Positions 18,330 through 28,146 of a DNA stretch of 64,000 nt are shown here, in pieces (position 1 is the stretch's first letter; each line of letters begins with the position of its first letter). The notes under the pieces were generated by a model. It saw only the letters and a program-made list of their open reading frames with translations, was not told the DNA's origin and did not search any database. Both the position numbers and the translations under genes were made by a program. Source of the DNA: a virus; the IMG/VR virus record IMGVR_UViG_3300043436_001160, positions 5,422-69,421 of that record. One strand, written 5' to 3'.

Positions 18330-20512
18330 CTGATAGAAAACAATCTGCTGTTGCTAGACGTTTAGCTAAATTAAATGATGCGGTAATTATTCAAAACGAA
18401 ACAACCACTAATCAATTAATTTCACAACAGGTTAACACAAATACCCTTGGAATTAGTAACCTCAACAGTGAAGTTTACAGTCTTCAAAATCAAAATAATA
18501 ATCTAGCAAGTTCTTTGCAGTTTCAACTAGACGACACTCAACCTACTTCGTTGATGGCTAGAGTTATTGATTTAGAAAACAATCCATCTGGTGGCGGTGG
18601 TGGAGGTATTGATCCAACAGATCCAACCCAACCAATATTAATTGTTGATAATTTTCTTATCCAACCCAATGGCGATCCTGATGGTACTTTTCCTAGTCCT
18701 TATATTTATCCAGCTGCAAATACAACAGTTTTAAATACTAATGGTTTAAATATTTTAAATACTGAATCTGAAGTAGATCATAATGGTATTATAATTGCGA
18801 GATTAACATCTGGTAATAATTTTCCCGTTACACTAACTTTAGGACAACGAGATACATCAGATATTTGTAGGTTAGCTGATTTAAATTCTTTATATTTTAT
18901 CTTAAAAACTCCTAATACATTAGAGCATTCTATTAGAATAGGTTTAATGGATAACTTTGCAAACTCACCAAGTGCTGAAGAAATTGTTTTTGAAAGATTA
19001 GTTGGTGAGGCTAATATTAGTGTAGTAACTAGGACTGGTGGAGTTGAAACTAAAACAGGTACTGGTGTTGCTTATACAGCTAACACATGGTATACTTTTA
19101 AAGTTGCTAAAACAAGTAGTACAACAGTAGACTTTACAGTTAATACTACGCTTATAAACCAAACAACAAACATTCCAACTGGTTTTCTTAATGTTGGTAT
19201 TCAGGTTGTTGGTAATAATAACTCAGTAGATGAAGACTTTAAGCTTGACTTTTTTAGTCTTAAATTAGGAGATGTAACTCCAGTATTACCTACAGGTACT
19301 ACTGTAGAAGGTACCCCTAATGAAGTAGAAGTTACAAGTGTTGGTTCGGTTTATACTGTAGGATTGCCTGATAATGTAACTATAACTGGAACTTTAACTG
19401 CTGATGATGTTTTATCAAAGGTTTCAGGTCCAACTGTTGTTGATTGTAAAAACACATCTGGAATTACTTTACCTAAAGGAACACCTGTTTATATTTCAGG
19501 TACTGTAGGTGGTTCAGGTGTTATTGAAGTTCAAAAATCTTTTAATGATAATCCTGCTACAATGCCAGCTATTGGTTTGCTATACACTGAAATTGTAAGT
19601 AATGGATTTGGGCATGTTGTTTTACTTGGTAGTTTATCAAATGTAGCTACAAACATCTTTACTTTAGGTTCAACTTTATATGTCGATCAAAGTATTGGTG
19701 GAAATACAATAGGACTAACACAAACTCGTCCTACAGGTGTTGATCAGTTAGTGCAGAATATTGGAAGAGTTGGTAGATCCCAACAAAATACTGGAGAAAT
19801 ATTAGTTACGGGGGCTGGCAGAACAAATGCAATTCCCAATGATGTTTATTTATCTAATATTGTAGATGGTGATCCAACAAACCCAACAACATCTATTAAT
19901 TTTTATGAAGATTTCTTTGGTAATTCAACAGAATCTGGTGAAACAGGTACACATGGTTGGACTGTTTTAAATGGTGTTGTTGCTCAAGTAACATCAGAAT
20001 CAAATCATCCTGGTATAATAAGGTTTAGAGGCTCATTAACTGCTAATCAAGTTGCATTTTTTTCATTAAGTATTGCTTCTGCTATAAATTCATTTGCTAC
20101 TTCACAATTTAACATGACTAATTTTATTTTTAAACAAGTGCAAACAGAAACTGATACAACAAGAATTTTAGGTTGTGTTGATTCTATGAATAGTATTACT
20201 CCCTTAGGAGTATACATTAGAAAATCTGTAGGTAGTAATGACTATTATGCTGTTGTTAAAAACGCATTAACAGAGAATACAGCTTTGTTATTTACACAAG
20301 ATACAACGTGGAGAAATATTAAAATTACTAAAGTTGGGTCTAATTATCAATTTACAGTAAATGGAAATAGTCCTGTAACAGTTTCACCACCAGGTGGAAA
20401 TATGCCTGGGTTACTAACTATTGCTGTTTTACATGCATCTAATGCTGCGGGTTTAACACGAAACGTAGATTTAGATTTTTGGTCATTTAAATTGTCTAGT
20501 ATGACTAGATAA
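18326..20512 (+). CDS. Putative fibre/decoration protein with duplicated beta-rich domain
   Basis: N-terminal coiled coil; two related domains (HNGII...LDFFSLKL and HPGII...LDFWSFKL); central TLPKGTPVYISG...MPAIGL segment. Confidence 0.65.
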   Translation: MTDRKQSAVARRLAKLNDAVIIQNETTTNQLISQQVNTNTLGISNLNSEVYSLQNQNNNLASSLQFQLDDTQPTSLMARVIDLENNPSGGGGGGIDPTDPTQPILIVDNFLIQPNGDPDGTFPSPYIYPAANTTVLNTNGLNILNTESEVDHNGIIIARLTSGNNFPVTLTLGQRDTSDICRLADLNSLYFILKTPNTLEHSIRIGLMDNFANSPSAEEIVFERLVGEANISVVTRTGGVETKTGTGVAYTANTWYTFKVAKTSSTTVDFTVNTTLINQTTNIPTGFLNVGIQVVGNNNSVDEDFKLDFFSLKLGDVTPVLPTGTTVEGTPNEVEVTSVGSVYTVGLPDNVTITGTLTADDVLSKVSGPTVVDCKNTSGITLPKGTPVYISGTVGGSGVIEVQKSFNDNPATMPAIGLLYTEIVSNGFGHVVLLGSLSNVATNIFTLGSTLYVDQSIGGNTIGLTQTRPTGVDQLVQNIGRVGRSQQNTGEILVTGAGRTNAIPNDVYLSNIVDGDPTNPTTSINFYEDFFGNSTESGETGTHGWTVLNGVVAQVTSESNHPGIIRFRGSLTANQVAFFSLSIASAINSFATSQFNMTNFIFKQVQTETDTTRILGCVDSMNSITPLGVYIRKSVGSNDYYAVVKNALTENTALLFTQDTTWRNIKITKVGSNYQFTVNGNSPVTVSPPGGNMPGLLTIAVLHASNAAGLTRNVDLDFWSFKLSSMTR

Positions 20513-20521
20513 GGAGATTAT

Positions 20522-22330
20522 ATGGCAATTAAAGGAATAGCTGCAAACATACCAATTAAAAGTGTAGACTTTGTTGAGTATTATTATACAAGTACAACTG
20601 ATGAAGAAAATGTAACCACACATACTGTTACAGTTGTTTTTAATAAACATGTTTATGGTGGTAGATTTTCAGGTAGTACTGAAACTGATGCTTTTAATAA
20701 AGCTAAAGAACTTGTTAAAGGATGTTTAGTTAAATCTGGTTGCTTTACTCCAGATACTAGAATTAATAACATTAAATTTAAAAAATATGGCTTTCCTCCA
20801 GAAATTCCACTTGTAGACAATACTGTAAATTACATGGATTTTGAATCTACAGAAGGCACTTTAAATGTTACTTCAATGTCTCGCACAGTTAGTGGAATTA
20901 ATACTACTGTGACTCTTAGTGTTGATCATGATGACTTTATGTTTGGTCCTGGAGATATTTTAAATGTTATTAAAAACGGAGTAACAATACCGATTACTAC
21001 AGACGAACAAACTATAACTGTAAATAATGGTGATACGTTACAATTCTATGTACAACATGGTCTTTCTGGAAATTACCAAATTAGTGGATGGATTATGTTA
21101 CGAAATGTGGCTAATTCAAATACTGTAGTAGGTGCTTTTTATCCAGTCGTAAATACTGGTGTAGTACCAGATAATACATTTGATACTTTTTACTTTAATG
21201 ATGTAAATTATCCAAGCCCATATCCTACTCATGTTGATGTATTTATAGCAACAGAAATTGAAACTTTAACTGGAATTAATGCACCAACAACTATTGGATT
21301 TCAAGATACTAGAAGAGGTGGACCACCTCGTGTTCAACTTTGGTATAAACTAGTTCACAATAATGGAAATCCTGTACCAGATTTTCCTGATCCATCTTCC
21401 TTAAGTTCTTATCCAGCAAATGGATCTTGGACAGCTAGTCCATATTATTCTGGTTATACTCAATACGATTTAATTAATATGCCACCAGTAAATGTTCCTT
21501 ATAATAATTCAAAATTAAGATTAGTTTTGCGAGGATTTGCAACTAATTTTAATGACACCAGAATTAGAATTAATAACCTTACTACTTCATCAATAATTAG
21601 TGATTTTGGTCTATATATAAAAGATCAATATGGATATCCAGCACAGTTTTTTCAAATACCAGATTTGGAATCAGGTACAGAAACAACACCAACGTATACA
21701 GCAACAAAAAAGACTGCAATAAGGTTTTTTATAAAGCCAGAGACAAGCGATATACAAGGTACTGGTAGTATTCGTATTTATAAAAATGAAAGTATTTATC
21801 TTGAAGCAAATGCAAATGGTTCAGAAAACTATGCATTTAGGTATGTTCAAGTTACAAATCCATATCTATATGATCTCGTACATCTTGATGTTGGCGATAC
21901 TTTTAGAATTGAAACTGCTTTTACACCAAATCCAGCAGGAAGCTATGCTACGTTATATTTGTATAATCTGGGGCAACAATGGGGTATGATTGAAGAGGTG
22001 TTTATTTATGATGGGTGTTTGTTAACTAGTACAGTTGTAAATTACTTAGGTCTTCCTGATAATGGCCCAGAACTAACAGCTATGCGTTCATTGCGAGAAC
22101 ACTATAAGGATATAGAAGGTTATTCTGCAATTATTAAAGATTATTATAAGAATTCGCCTAAGATTATCCAAGCCATCAATGCTTTGCCAGATCCAAGCAT
22201 TGAATATAATTATGTATTTACTACTGTTACTAGTGTAATGAATTATGTTAATACAGAACAATGGCAACAAGCACATGATGAATACATGGCTATGTACAAT
22301 ACTCTAAAGAGTCGGTACATTACAGAATAA
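20522..22330 (+). CDS. Beta-rich virion/surface protein with C-terminal CFI-box-CTERM-like domain
   Basis: C-terminal GCLLTSTVV...PELTAMRSLRE...YYKNSPKI. Confidence 0.65.
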   Translation: MAIKGIAANIPIKSVDFVEYYYTSTTDEENVTTHTVTVVFNKHVYGGRFSGSTETDAFNKAKELVKGCLVKSGCFTPDTRINNIKFKKYGFPPEIPLVDNTVNYMDFESTEGTLNVTSMSRTVSGINTTVTLSVDHDDFMFGPGDILNVIKNGVTIPITTDEQTITVNNGDTLQFYVQHGLSGNYQISGWIMLRNVANSNTVVGAFYPVVNTGVVPDNTFDTFYFNDVNYPSPYPTHVDVFIATEIETLTGINAPTTIGFQDTRRGGPPRVQLWYKLVHNNGNPVPDFPDPSSLSSYPANGSWTASPYYSGYTQYDLINMPPVNVPYNNSKLRLVLRGFATNFNDTRIRINNLTTSSIISDFGLYIKDQYGYPAQFFQIPDLESGTETTPTYTATKKTAIRFFIKPETSDIQGTGSIRIYKNESIYLEANANGSENYAFRYVQVTNPYLYDLVHLDVGDTFRIETAFTPNPAGSYATLYLYNLGQQWGMIEEVFIYDGCLLTSTVVNYLGLPDNGPELTAMRSLREHYKDIEGYSAIIKDYYKNSPKIIQAINALPDPSIEYNYVFTTVTSVMNYVNTEQWQQAHDEYMAMYNTLKSRYITE

Positions 22331-22339
22331 GGAAACCAT

Positions 22340-22513
22340 ATGGCAAGTAAAAAGAATTGGATTCAAGGAGCTATTAAACGACCAGGAGCTTTAACAAAGA
22401 AAGCTAAGGCTGCTGGTAAGTCTATTTCTTCCTATTGCAAAAGTGGTAAACTAACCACACAAACCAAACGTCAATGTAATTTAGCTAAGACCCTTAAGGG
22501 TTTCAACAAATAA
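22340..22513 (+). CDS. Small basic protein (57 aa)
   Basis: Translated by eye: MASKKNWIQGAIKRPGALTKK...LAKTLKGFNK; AAGGA SD. Confidence 0.7.
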   Translation: MASKKNWIQGAIKRPGALTKKAKAAGKSISSYCKSGKLTTQTKRQCNLAKTLKGFNK

Positions 22514-22530
22514 CCTAGGAGTTAGAATCT

Positions 22531-22671
22531 ATGCCTAAGGATGCATGTTATAAAAAAGTTATGAAGGCATATAAAGGTAAGTCTAGTGCTTACGCTTCAG
22601 GTTCTATGGTTAAATGCCGTAAGGTAGGGGCCAAGAACTGGGGTAATAAGACCAAGAAAGGAGGGCGCTAA
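22531..22671 (+). CDS. Small basic protein (46 aa)
   Basis: MPKDACYKKVMKAYKGKSSAYASGSMVKCRK...; AGGAG SD. Confidence 0.7.
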   Translation: MPKDACYKKVMKAYKGKSSAYASGSMVKCRKVGAKNWGNKTKKGGR

Positions 22672-22672
22672 G

Positions 22673-22786
22673 ATGCCAAAAGTAGGTAAGAAATCATTCC
22701 CTTACACAGCTAAGGGCAAGGCCGATGCAAAGGCCGAAGCCAAGAAGACTGGTAAGAAGATGTCACCAAAGAAGGGTATGAAGTAA
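22673..22786 (+). CDS. Small basic protein (37 aa)
   Basis: MPKVGKKSFPYTAKGKADAKAEAKKTGKKMSPKKGMK; GGAGG SD. Confidence 0.7.
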   Translation: MPKVGKKSFPYTAKGKADAKAEAKKTGKKMSPKKGMK

Positions 22787-23022
22787 TGGCTGACTTTTCC
22801 TTAGAAAAAAAGGAAGGTCTGCATGGTTGGTTCAAGCGGAACAATGGTAAGGGCTGGATAAACTGTAAGACGGGTGGGCCATGTGGTCGAAAGTCTGCCA
22901 AGTCTGGCGGCTCTTATCCCGCTTGCCGACCAACCAAAGCCCAATGTACAGCTAAAGGTGTAAAGGCTAAGAAAAGTTCTAAACCAGTGTCTTGGGAATC
23001 CAAGAAGAAAGGAAAAAAATAA
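22786..23022 (+). CDS. Small basic Cys-containing protein
   Basis: LHGWF...WINCKTGGPCGRK...YPACRP; coupled TAATG. Confidence 0.7.
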   Translation: MADFSLEKKEGLHGWFKRNNGKGWINCKTGGPCGRKSAKSGGSYPACRPTKAQCTAKGVKAKKSSKPVSWESKKKGKK

Positions 23023-23093
23023 TGGCAAAGAAAAAGAAAATGTCTTCTAAGAAGAAACCCAAGATGTCCTGTGGATGCGGAGATAAGAAATGA
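23022..23093 (+). CDS. Tiny basic peptide (23 aa)
   Basis: MAKKKKMSSKKKPKMSCGCGDKK; coupled TAATG. Confidence 0.5.
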   Translation: MAKKKKMSSKKKPKMSCGCGDKK

Positions 23094-23115
23094 TTCCATT
23101 AAAAGGAGAGTATAA

Positions 23116-26100
23116 ATGACAAGCTTTTTTAGACCAGCTGGAGTTAAATGCTCAAATTGGGTTTACGCTGATAAAGATTCCCCTTATGTAAAATTTAAAA
23201 AATTTTTGTTTGAACAAAATACAGGAAGAACTGATGTTATATTCTTTAGTTCGGCTGCATCTGGTTTAGAAACAAAAATAGATGAAGATACGTCAACAAG
23301 TCCTCATACTTATCATTGTGTTGGTGGATTAATTGATGGAATTGCAAAAGCAATAATTGTAGGAAATCCTAGTATTAATCGACCAGGTAGATCATTATAT
23401 GCTACTAGTGTCAAACTTGGATATGAATCAAATGTTGTTCCTGGCTATAATAGATTTAATTCTAATACATGGAGTACACCTAATACAACAGGAGCTGGTG
23501 GATTTTTAGCAGGAACAAGTGTAGCTTACGATAGTTATTTTTATTATACAAGAGGAACAAAAAACCAAACTGGCTATTCTTATTTTAGTTTACCAGTATA
23601 TAGTGGAAGTAGTAATCAAGTTCAATCACAGTATAATCCAGAAACAGATCAAGTAGACTTACTAAGTTGGAAGGATTTCTGGGCTACGGCTACTTTTGGT
23701 ATGGATTTAATTAGCGTAGACGAACTTACAGTATCTTCTCCATTAAATAAAAAACTTAAAGGACAAAGGGGTTCTAGTTTTTCTGGAGCAAGTTCAATTT
23801 TAACAAGTAATATTTCGTATTTTCAAAATAGATTACCTGTAACATTAAGTCAAACTCCCGAACAACCTCAAAGGTTTTGGGATGTTTTAAATCCAGTTTT
23901 AATTGCAAAAAATAAACAATTTAAAATAGGTGTTGGATATATTGAAAATGGAATTGTTACAGAAGTTTTTCAAACGCATAGAGATTTAGGATATGCTCCT
24001 ACTAATGTTGTTGCTGTTGGTATGACTGAAGCACAGGTTATTCAAAATGGTTTATCTATAACTTCTCTTTCTGGTATTGATGATTTAGTTGTATTTACTA
24101 CTAATCCAATAGCAGAATGGTATGGTATGGAAGGCGTACCAGATTCTCTTAAACTTGATGATTGGAATATTTTATTTGCTTCTGTACTGAATAAAAAATT
24201 AATTATAAGAACATTTACAACTGAACAAATAGTTGCTATAAGAAACTTAAATATTAATCCAAATACCCCAACTACTGAGGGTGAGTACAACTCTTTTGAT
24301 GGTTATCTTTATGATCAAGATACATATCTTTTACGTTGGATGTGGGCAAATCCACAAACAATTAGTGGTCCAGACACTAACTCAAGACAATCACGAGCAA
24401 ATCAAGTAATACAAACTTGGGGTTTAGCTTTACGAAGTGTTGATTCTTCAATAAGTGTTGATCAAAATGGTTTACCCTATTTAAGAACATTTGGAACATC
24501 TTCTCACTTGTATACAAATTGTGGATTTCATATAACAGATTATTCTTGTGATAAACAAGGTTTAATCACATTAACAGAGACAAATCCTCAAATACCAGGA
24601 TATCCCTTAACATTAAGTAGTATAAACCCTTGTGGATTTTTCTTATTAACAAAAGATGATACACCTGAATTAACAGGAACAAGCCCTTCACCTACTATTT
24701 TTAAAGATAGATGTATGCTTGTGCGTCCATCTCTTGGTAAAGTTTTTAGTAGTATTATCCCATCTAAAGGTGGTTTACAACCAGTTTCTAGAGAATTAAC
24801 AACTACTGAAAAAAACAATTTACTGGGAATATTTAAATCACCAGATTTCTTTTATGTTTGTAGTGTTTTTACAATAGAAAGCTATACAGGTGCTGGTGCT
24901 TCAAGAAAATCAAATGTAGCTCCTATTCCTTCTAGCCAAATTACTTATACTGCACATGCAAAAACTATTGGAAGTGGAAGTACACTAACCCAGATTAGAA
25001 CTCCTTTTACTAATACTGCATATGCTGGAAACGAAGTTGTACTTTTTCCTACAGTTGATACTCCAATAGAAGAGAAACTACGAAGAAAATTAGTTAGACA
25101 GGTACAAGGTATTCCTGTTAACTTACAGGCAGTTAATTCTGATTGGTCAAAATCAGAGTTACGTTTTGGATTCTTAGGTAAAGATACTGCTAATATTACA
25201 GGTGGAAATTTAGCAATAGGTATTCAATACGGTATTGATATAGCAAATCAACATGGCATTTCTTTTACAAAAGGTGAATCTAAAACAAAGTTTAGAAGTG
25301 GAGATGCTGCCTATAATTATGATAATGGAATGAATTCTGGAAGAGGTTTATTTTTAACTGAACTTCTTTTAGCAATTAAAGAAAGACAACAAGGTTTTGA
25401 CGATACAGCATTGAATGAACAAACTACTGGTCTTTTATTAAATGGAATTAATACAAAGAAAAAATTAATTATTTTCTATGAAATTGGAATTTGGGAAGAA
25501 TCTAATCCTAATTCATCTTACTTAGGACATAATGCATATAAATATCTTCTTCATGAAAAAACTGGTTTAGCTGCTAATGGGGTTTATTTTAATAATGGAC
25601 TAGCTGTTAATTCAGTATTTCCTATTACAAATTTACTTAAGTTGTGTGGCTATAGTGATGATGAGTATGTAATTGTTTTCTATACTCCAGCGGGTCTAAC
25701 GCAAACTAATTTACCATCAAAAGATACAGATAATCCACCAGAAAATGCTATATATTCTAATATTAATCGCTCGTTGTTTACTAGATCTTCAGAAATATTT
25801 GTTAATAATGTTTTAGCTGCTAATGGTTTATATAATAATCCTTGGATAAATTTTAATAATAATGTAACTGATACAGGTTTTAGGCTTTTTAAAAATTCTT
25901 TTTATGTAAACTTAGGATCTATTCCTACAATTATTGAAGCACTTTCAAACGCAAATGTAATACCAAACGAGGAAGATTGGTATGTAAATGATGGGGAAGT
26001 AACAGATTTTACTAAGTTTACTCCAGAAGGAAATCTAGCTATTGGTCAATTATTTATTGATTATATATACACAGCTGGACTACCTTCTGTTCAGTTTGTT

Positions 26101-26301
26101 CCTCCTTGGCTTCCTCCATTTTCTAGAATGCTTAATTACACTACTGATCCAGTTTCTGGAAGTACTCTTGATTTTGTCACAATTTCTACCGATCCCATAG
26201 ATATTGAACCATACTTAGTATCATTTGATGCATTGTGTGATCAAGGTAATATCCAAGCTAAACGTACTCTTTCTAGATATAAAACTAAAATTTTACAATA
26301 A
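23116..26301 (+). CDS. Large putative virion/tail-associated protein
   Basis: 1061 aa, S/T/N/G-rich, AAGGAG SD, within the structural module. Confidence 0.65.
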   Translation: MTSFFRPAGVKCSNWVYADKDSPYVKFKKFLFEQNTGRTDVIFFSSAASGLETKIDEDTSTSPHTYHCVGGLIDGIAKAIIVGNPSINRPGRSLYATSVKLGYESNVVPGYNRFNSNTWSTPNTTGAGGFLAGTSVAYDSYFYYTRGTKNQTGYSYFSLPVYSGSSNQVQSQYNPETDQVDLLSWKDFWATATFGMDLISVDELTVSSPLNKKLKGQRGSSFSGASSILTSNISYFQNRLPVTLSQTPEQPQRFWDVLNPVLIAKNKQFKIGVGYIENGIVTEVFQTHRDLGYAPTNVVAVGMTEAQVIQNGLSITSLSGIDDLVVFTTNPIAEWYGMEGVPDSLKLDDWNILFASVLNKKLIIRTFTTEQIVAIRNLNINPNTPTTEGEYNSFDGYLYDQDTYLLRWMWANPQTISGPDTNSRQSRANQVIQTWGLALRSVDSSISVDQNGLPYLRTFGTSSHLYTNCGFHITDYSCDKQGLITLTETNPQIPGYPLTLSSINPCGFFLLTKDDTPELTGTSPSPTIFKDRCMLVRPSLGKVFSSIIPSKGGLQPVSRELTTTEKNNLLGIFKSPDFFYVCSVFTIESYTGAGASRKSNVAPIPSSQITYTAHAKTIGSGSTLTQIRTPFTNTAYAGNEVVLFPTVDTPIEEKLRRKLVRQVQGIPVNLQAVNSDWSKSELRFGFLGKDTANITGGNLAIGIQYGIDIANQHGISFTKGESKTKFRSGDAAYNYDNGMNSGRGLFLTELLLAIKERQQGFDDTALNEQTTGLLLNGINTKKKLIIFYEIGIWEESNPNSSYLGHNAYKYLLHEKTGLAANGVYFNNGLAVNSVFPITNLLKLCGYSDDEYVIVFYTPAGLTQTNLPSKDTDNPPENAIYSNINRSLFTRSSEIFVNNVLAANGLYNNPWINFNNNVTDTGFRLFKNSFYVNLGSIPTIIEALSNANVIPNEEDWYVNDGEVTDFTKFTPEGNLAIGQLFIDYIYTAGLPSVQFVPPWLPPFSRMLNYTTDPVSGSTLDFVTISTDPIDIEPYLVSFDALCDQGNIQAKRTLSRYKTKILQ

Positions 26302-26312
26302 AGGAATAATCC

Positions 26313-26816
26313 ATGCCAACTATTTCATTTCAACAAGGTGTAGCTTTAGCTATGGGGGCGTATATTGATCCAGCTAATGACTCTAATAATGAAACATTTA
26401 CCTTAGTAGCGGAGGGTGGAGATACTAATCTTAACTATGTAAATCGCTATGGAAAAACTGTTTTTGGTCGAAACCCAAGAAAAAACAATGCAATTGATAA
26501 TAGACTTAGATCAATTTTTCATTACTTAATTACAGGTCAACCAGGTAGTGCATCTACAATAAACTTTGCTGAAAACTCAGCAGGAACACAACTTGCTAAT
26601 CTAGGTAGTATAGCTTTTTTAATAGCTTCTACAACTACTGCTGTAGCTGATTCTGATCTTACTGGAAAAGATGTAGTATTTACTGGATATAATGCAACAC
26701 ATAAACAGTTAGATTATAGGGCTGGTGGTGATATCGACAATAATAGTTCTGTTTCTAAGGTTGAAAGAAACTACCACCGAACTGGTTTAGCTATTTGGAA
26801 CAAACTAAAGAAATGA
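26313..26816 (+). CDS. Hypothetical (possibly virion) protein
   Basis: AAGGA SD; ORF track. Confidence 0.65.
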   Translation: MPTISFQQGVALAMGAYIDPANDSNNETFTLVAEGGDTNLNYVNRYGKTVFGRNPRKNNAIDNRLRSIFHYLITGQPGSASTINFAENSAGTQLANLGSIAFLIASTTTAVADSDLTGKDVVFTGYNATHKQLDYRAGGDIDNNSSVSKVERNYHRTGLAIWNKLKK

Positions 26817-26823
26817 GGTTACA

Positions 26824-26994
26824 ATGAGTAGAATGCCAATGATGGGTATGGGTATGCCAACTGGTTATGGTCCTGGTATGATGGAATCTCAGATGGGTCT
26901 TGGTGCTCAAATGCCAATGCCTGAAGAGAAACCAATGCCAAAAAAGAAAAAACCAACAAAGAAAAAAACCAGTAAGAAAGCAAAGAAAAAATGA
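26824..26994 (+). CDS. Small Met/Gly/Pro-rich protein with poly-Lys tail (56 aa)
   Basis: MSRMPMMGMGMPTGYGPGMM...PKKKKPTKKKTSKKAKKK; GAGG SD. Confidence 0.6.
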   Translation: MSRMPMMGMGMPTGYGPGMMESQMGLGAQMPMPEEKPMPKKKKPTKKKTSKKAKKK

Positions 26995-27089
26995 AAAAGA
27001 AATGTGATATGAATTATATTAAAGAACGTACTGGTCCAAAGCCAGATTCTAAAAAACCAATAACAAAGAAAAAAACTAAGACTCGGTAA
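26991..27089 (+). CDS. Tiny basic peptide (32 aa)
   Basis: MKKKCDMNYIKERTGPKPDSKKPITKKKTKTR; ATGA overlap. Confidence 0.45.
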   Translation: MKKKCDMNYIKERTGPKPDSKKPITKKKTKTR

Positions 27090-27115
27090 TCCGAACAATC
27101 TTAAAGGAGAGTTAA

Positions 27116-28048
27116 ATGTTAGATACAAACAATGCTGAACAATCTCAACCTGTCGAGACTCAGCCAATCATTGCTACACCAATCCAATCAGAAGATCCAC
27201 AAACAACCCATGAACGTGCTATGTTTATGAAATATGTTCAAGATCAAGGGCAAAAGATCCCTAGTAATTTTAAATCTGCTGATGATTGGTTTAACAGTTT
27301 AATTGAAGCCCGCAAGGGATTCACTCAAGCCAGACAGGAAATAGCTTCTCTAAAGAAGCAGTATAATCAAAATGGGGTGACTAATCCTAACTATGTGGGG
27401 GACTCACCTCAAGCTCAGGTTCAACCAGAACCAGTCGAGGATCTTTCTGGCGTTCCAGAAGATCTAAAGATTACACCACCACCTACTACTCAGCCTGGAT
27501 CTACGGCTCGGGTTAGTGCAGAAGATTGGCTTCGTTGGGGCAAGGAAATTGACTTAACGGGTGCCGTAAGTGCAACTACTCGTAAAGAGATTCAGGCTAA
27601 AATGGGTGCTGATGAAGTAATCATTGAGCAAATGATTAAGGGTCGTAAAGCATTAGCAAAGCAATCTTGGGAAGATGCGGCAGTTGTCGTGGGCGGAAGT
27701 GACAACCTTAAGCGTCTATTCAAATGGGCTCAAGAGTCCAAGCCAGCTGATGAAGTTGCGGCTATTAATCGCTCTCTTCAAACAAACGCCTATAAGAATG
27801 TCCTCCTAGGTCTTAAGGCTGAATATGAGCAAACACAACCACAGGCAAAGCCCAAGGCTCAGGAACCCAAGGCTATGCAGAATCGGGTTAATCCCTCTCA
27901 AGTTCCACAATCCGTACAGGTGTTTAAAAATCTTGCTGAACAACAAGCTGCTTTAAGAGATCCAAGGTATCGTGTTGATACCAACTACAGAAAAGCAGTT
28001 GAAACAATGGTTGTTAATACATCTCGGTATGGTTTTAGAAATCGTTAA
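27116..28048 (+). CDS. Capsid scaffolding protein (T7 gp9-like)
   Basis: VGGSDNLKRLFKWA and DPRYRVDTNYRKAV; directly upstream of capsid. Confidence 0.85.
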   Translation: MLDTNNAEQSQPVETQPIIATPIQSEDPQTTHERAMFMKYVQDQGQKIPSNFKSADDWFNSLIEARKGFTQARQEIASLKKQYNQNGVTNPNYVGDSPQAQVQPEPVEDLSGVPEDLKITPPPTTQPGSTARVSAEDWLRWGKEIDLTGAVSATTRKEIQAKMGADEVIIEQMIKGRKALAKQSWEDAAVVVGGSDNLKRLFKWAQESKPADEVAAINRSLQTNAYKNVLLGLKAEYEQTQPQAKPKAQEPKAMQNRVNPSQVPQSVQVFKNLAEQQAALRDPRYRVDTNYRKAVETMVVNTSRYGFRNR

Positions 28049-28146
28049 CTCCGTATAATCCATTAGGACACGGACTAATTAATAATTTCTCCTTCGTTAA
28101 TGTTTATTTAATTTAAAAAAAAGTTTCTATATAAGGAGAAACAAAT

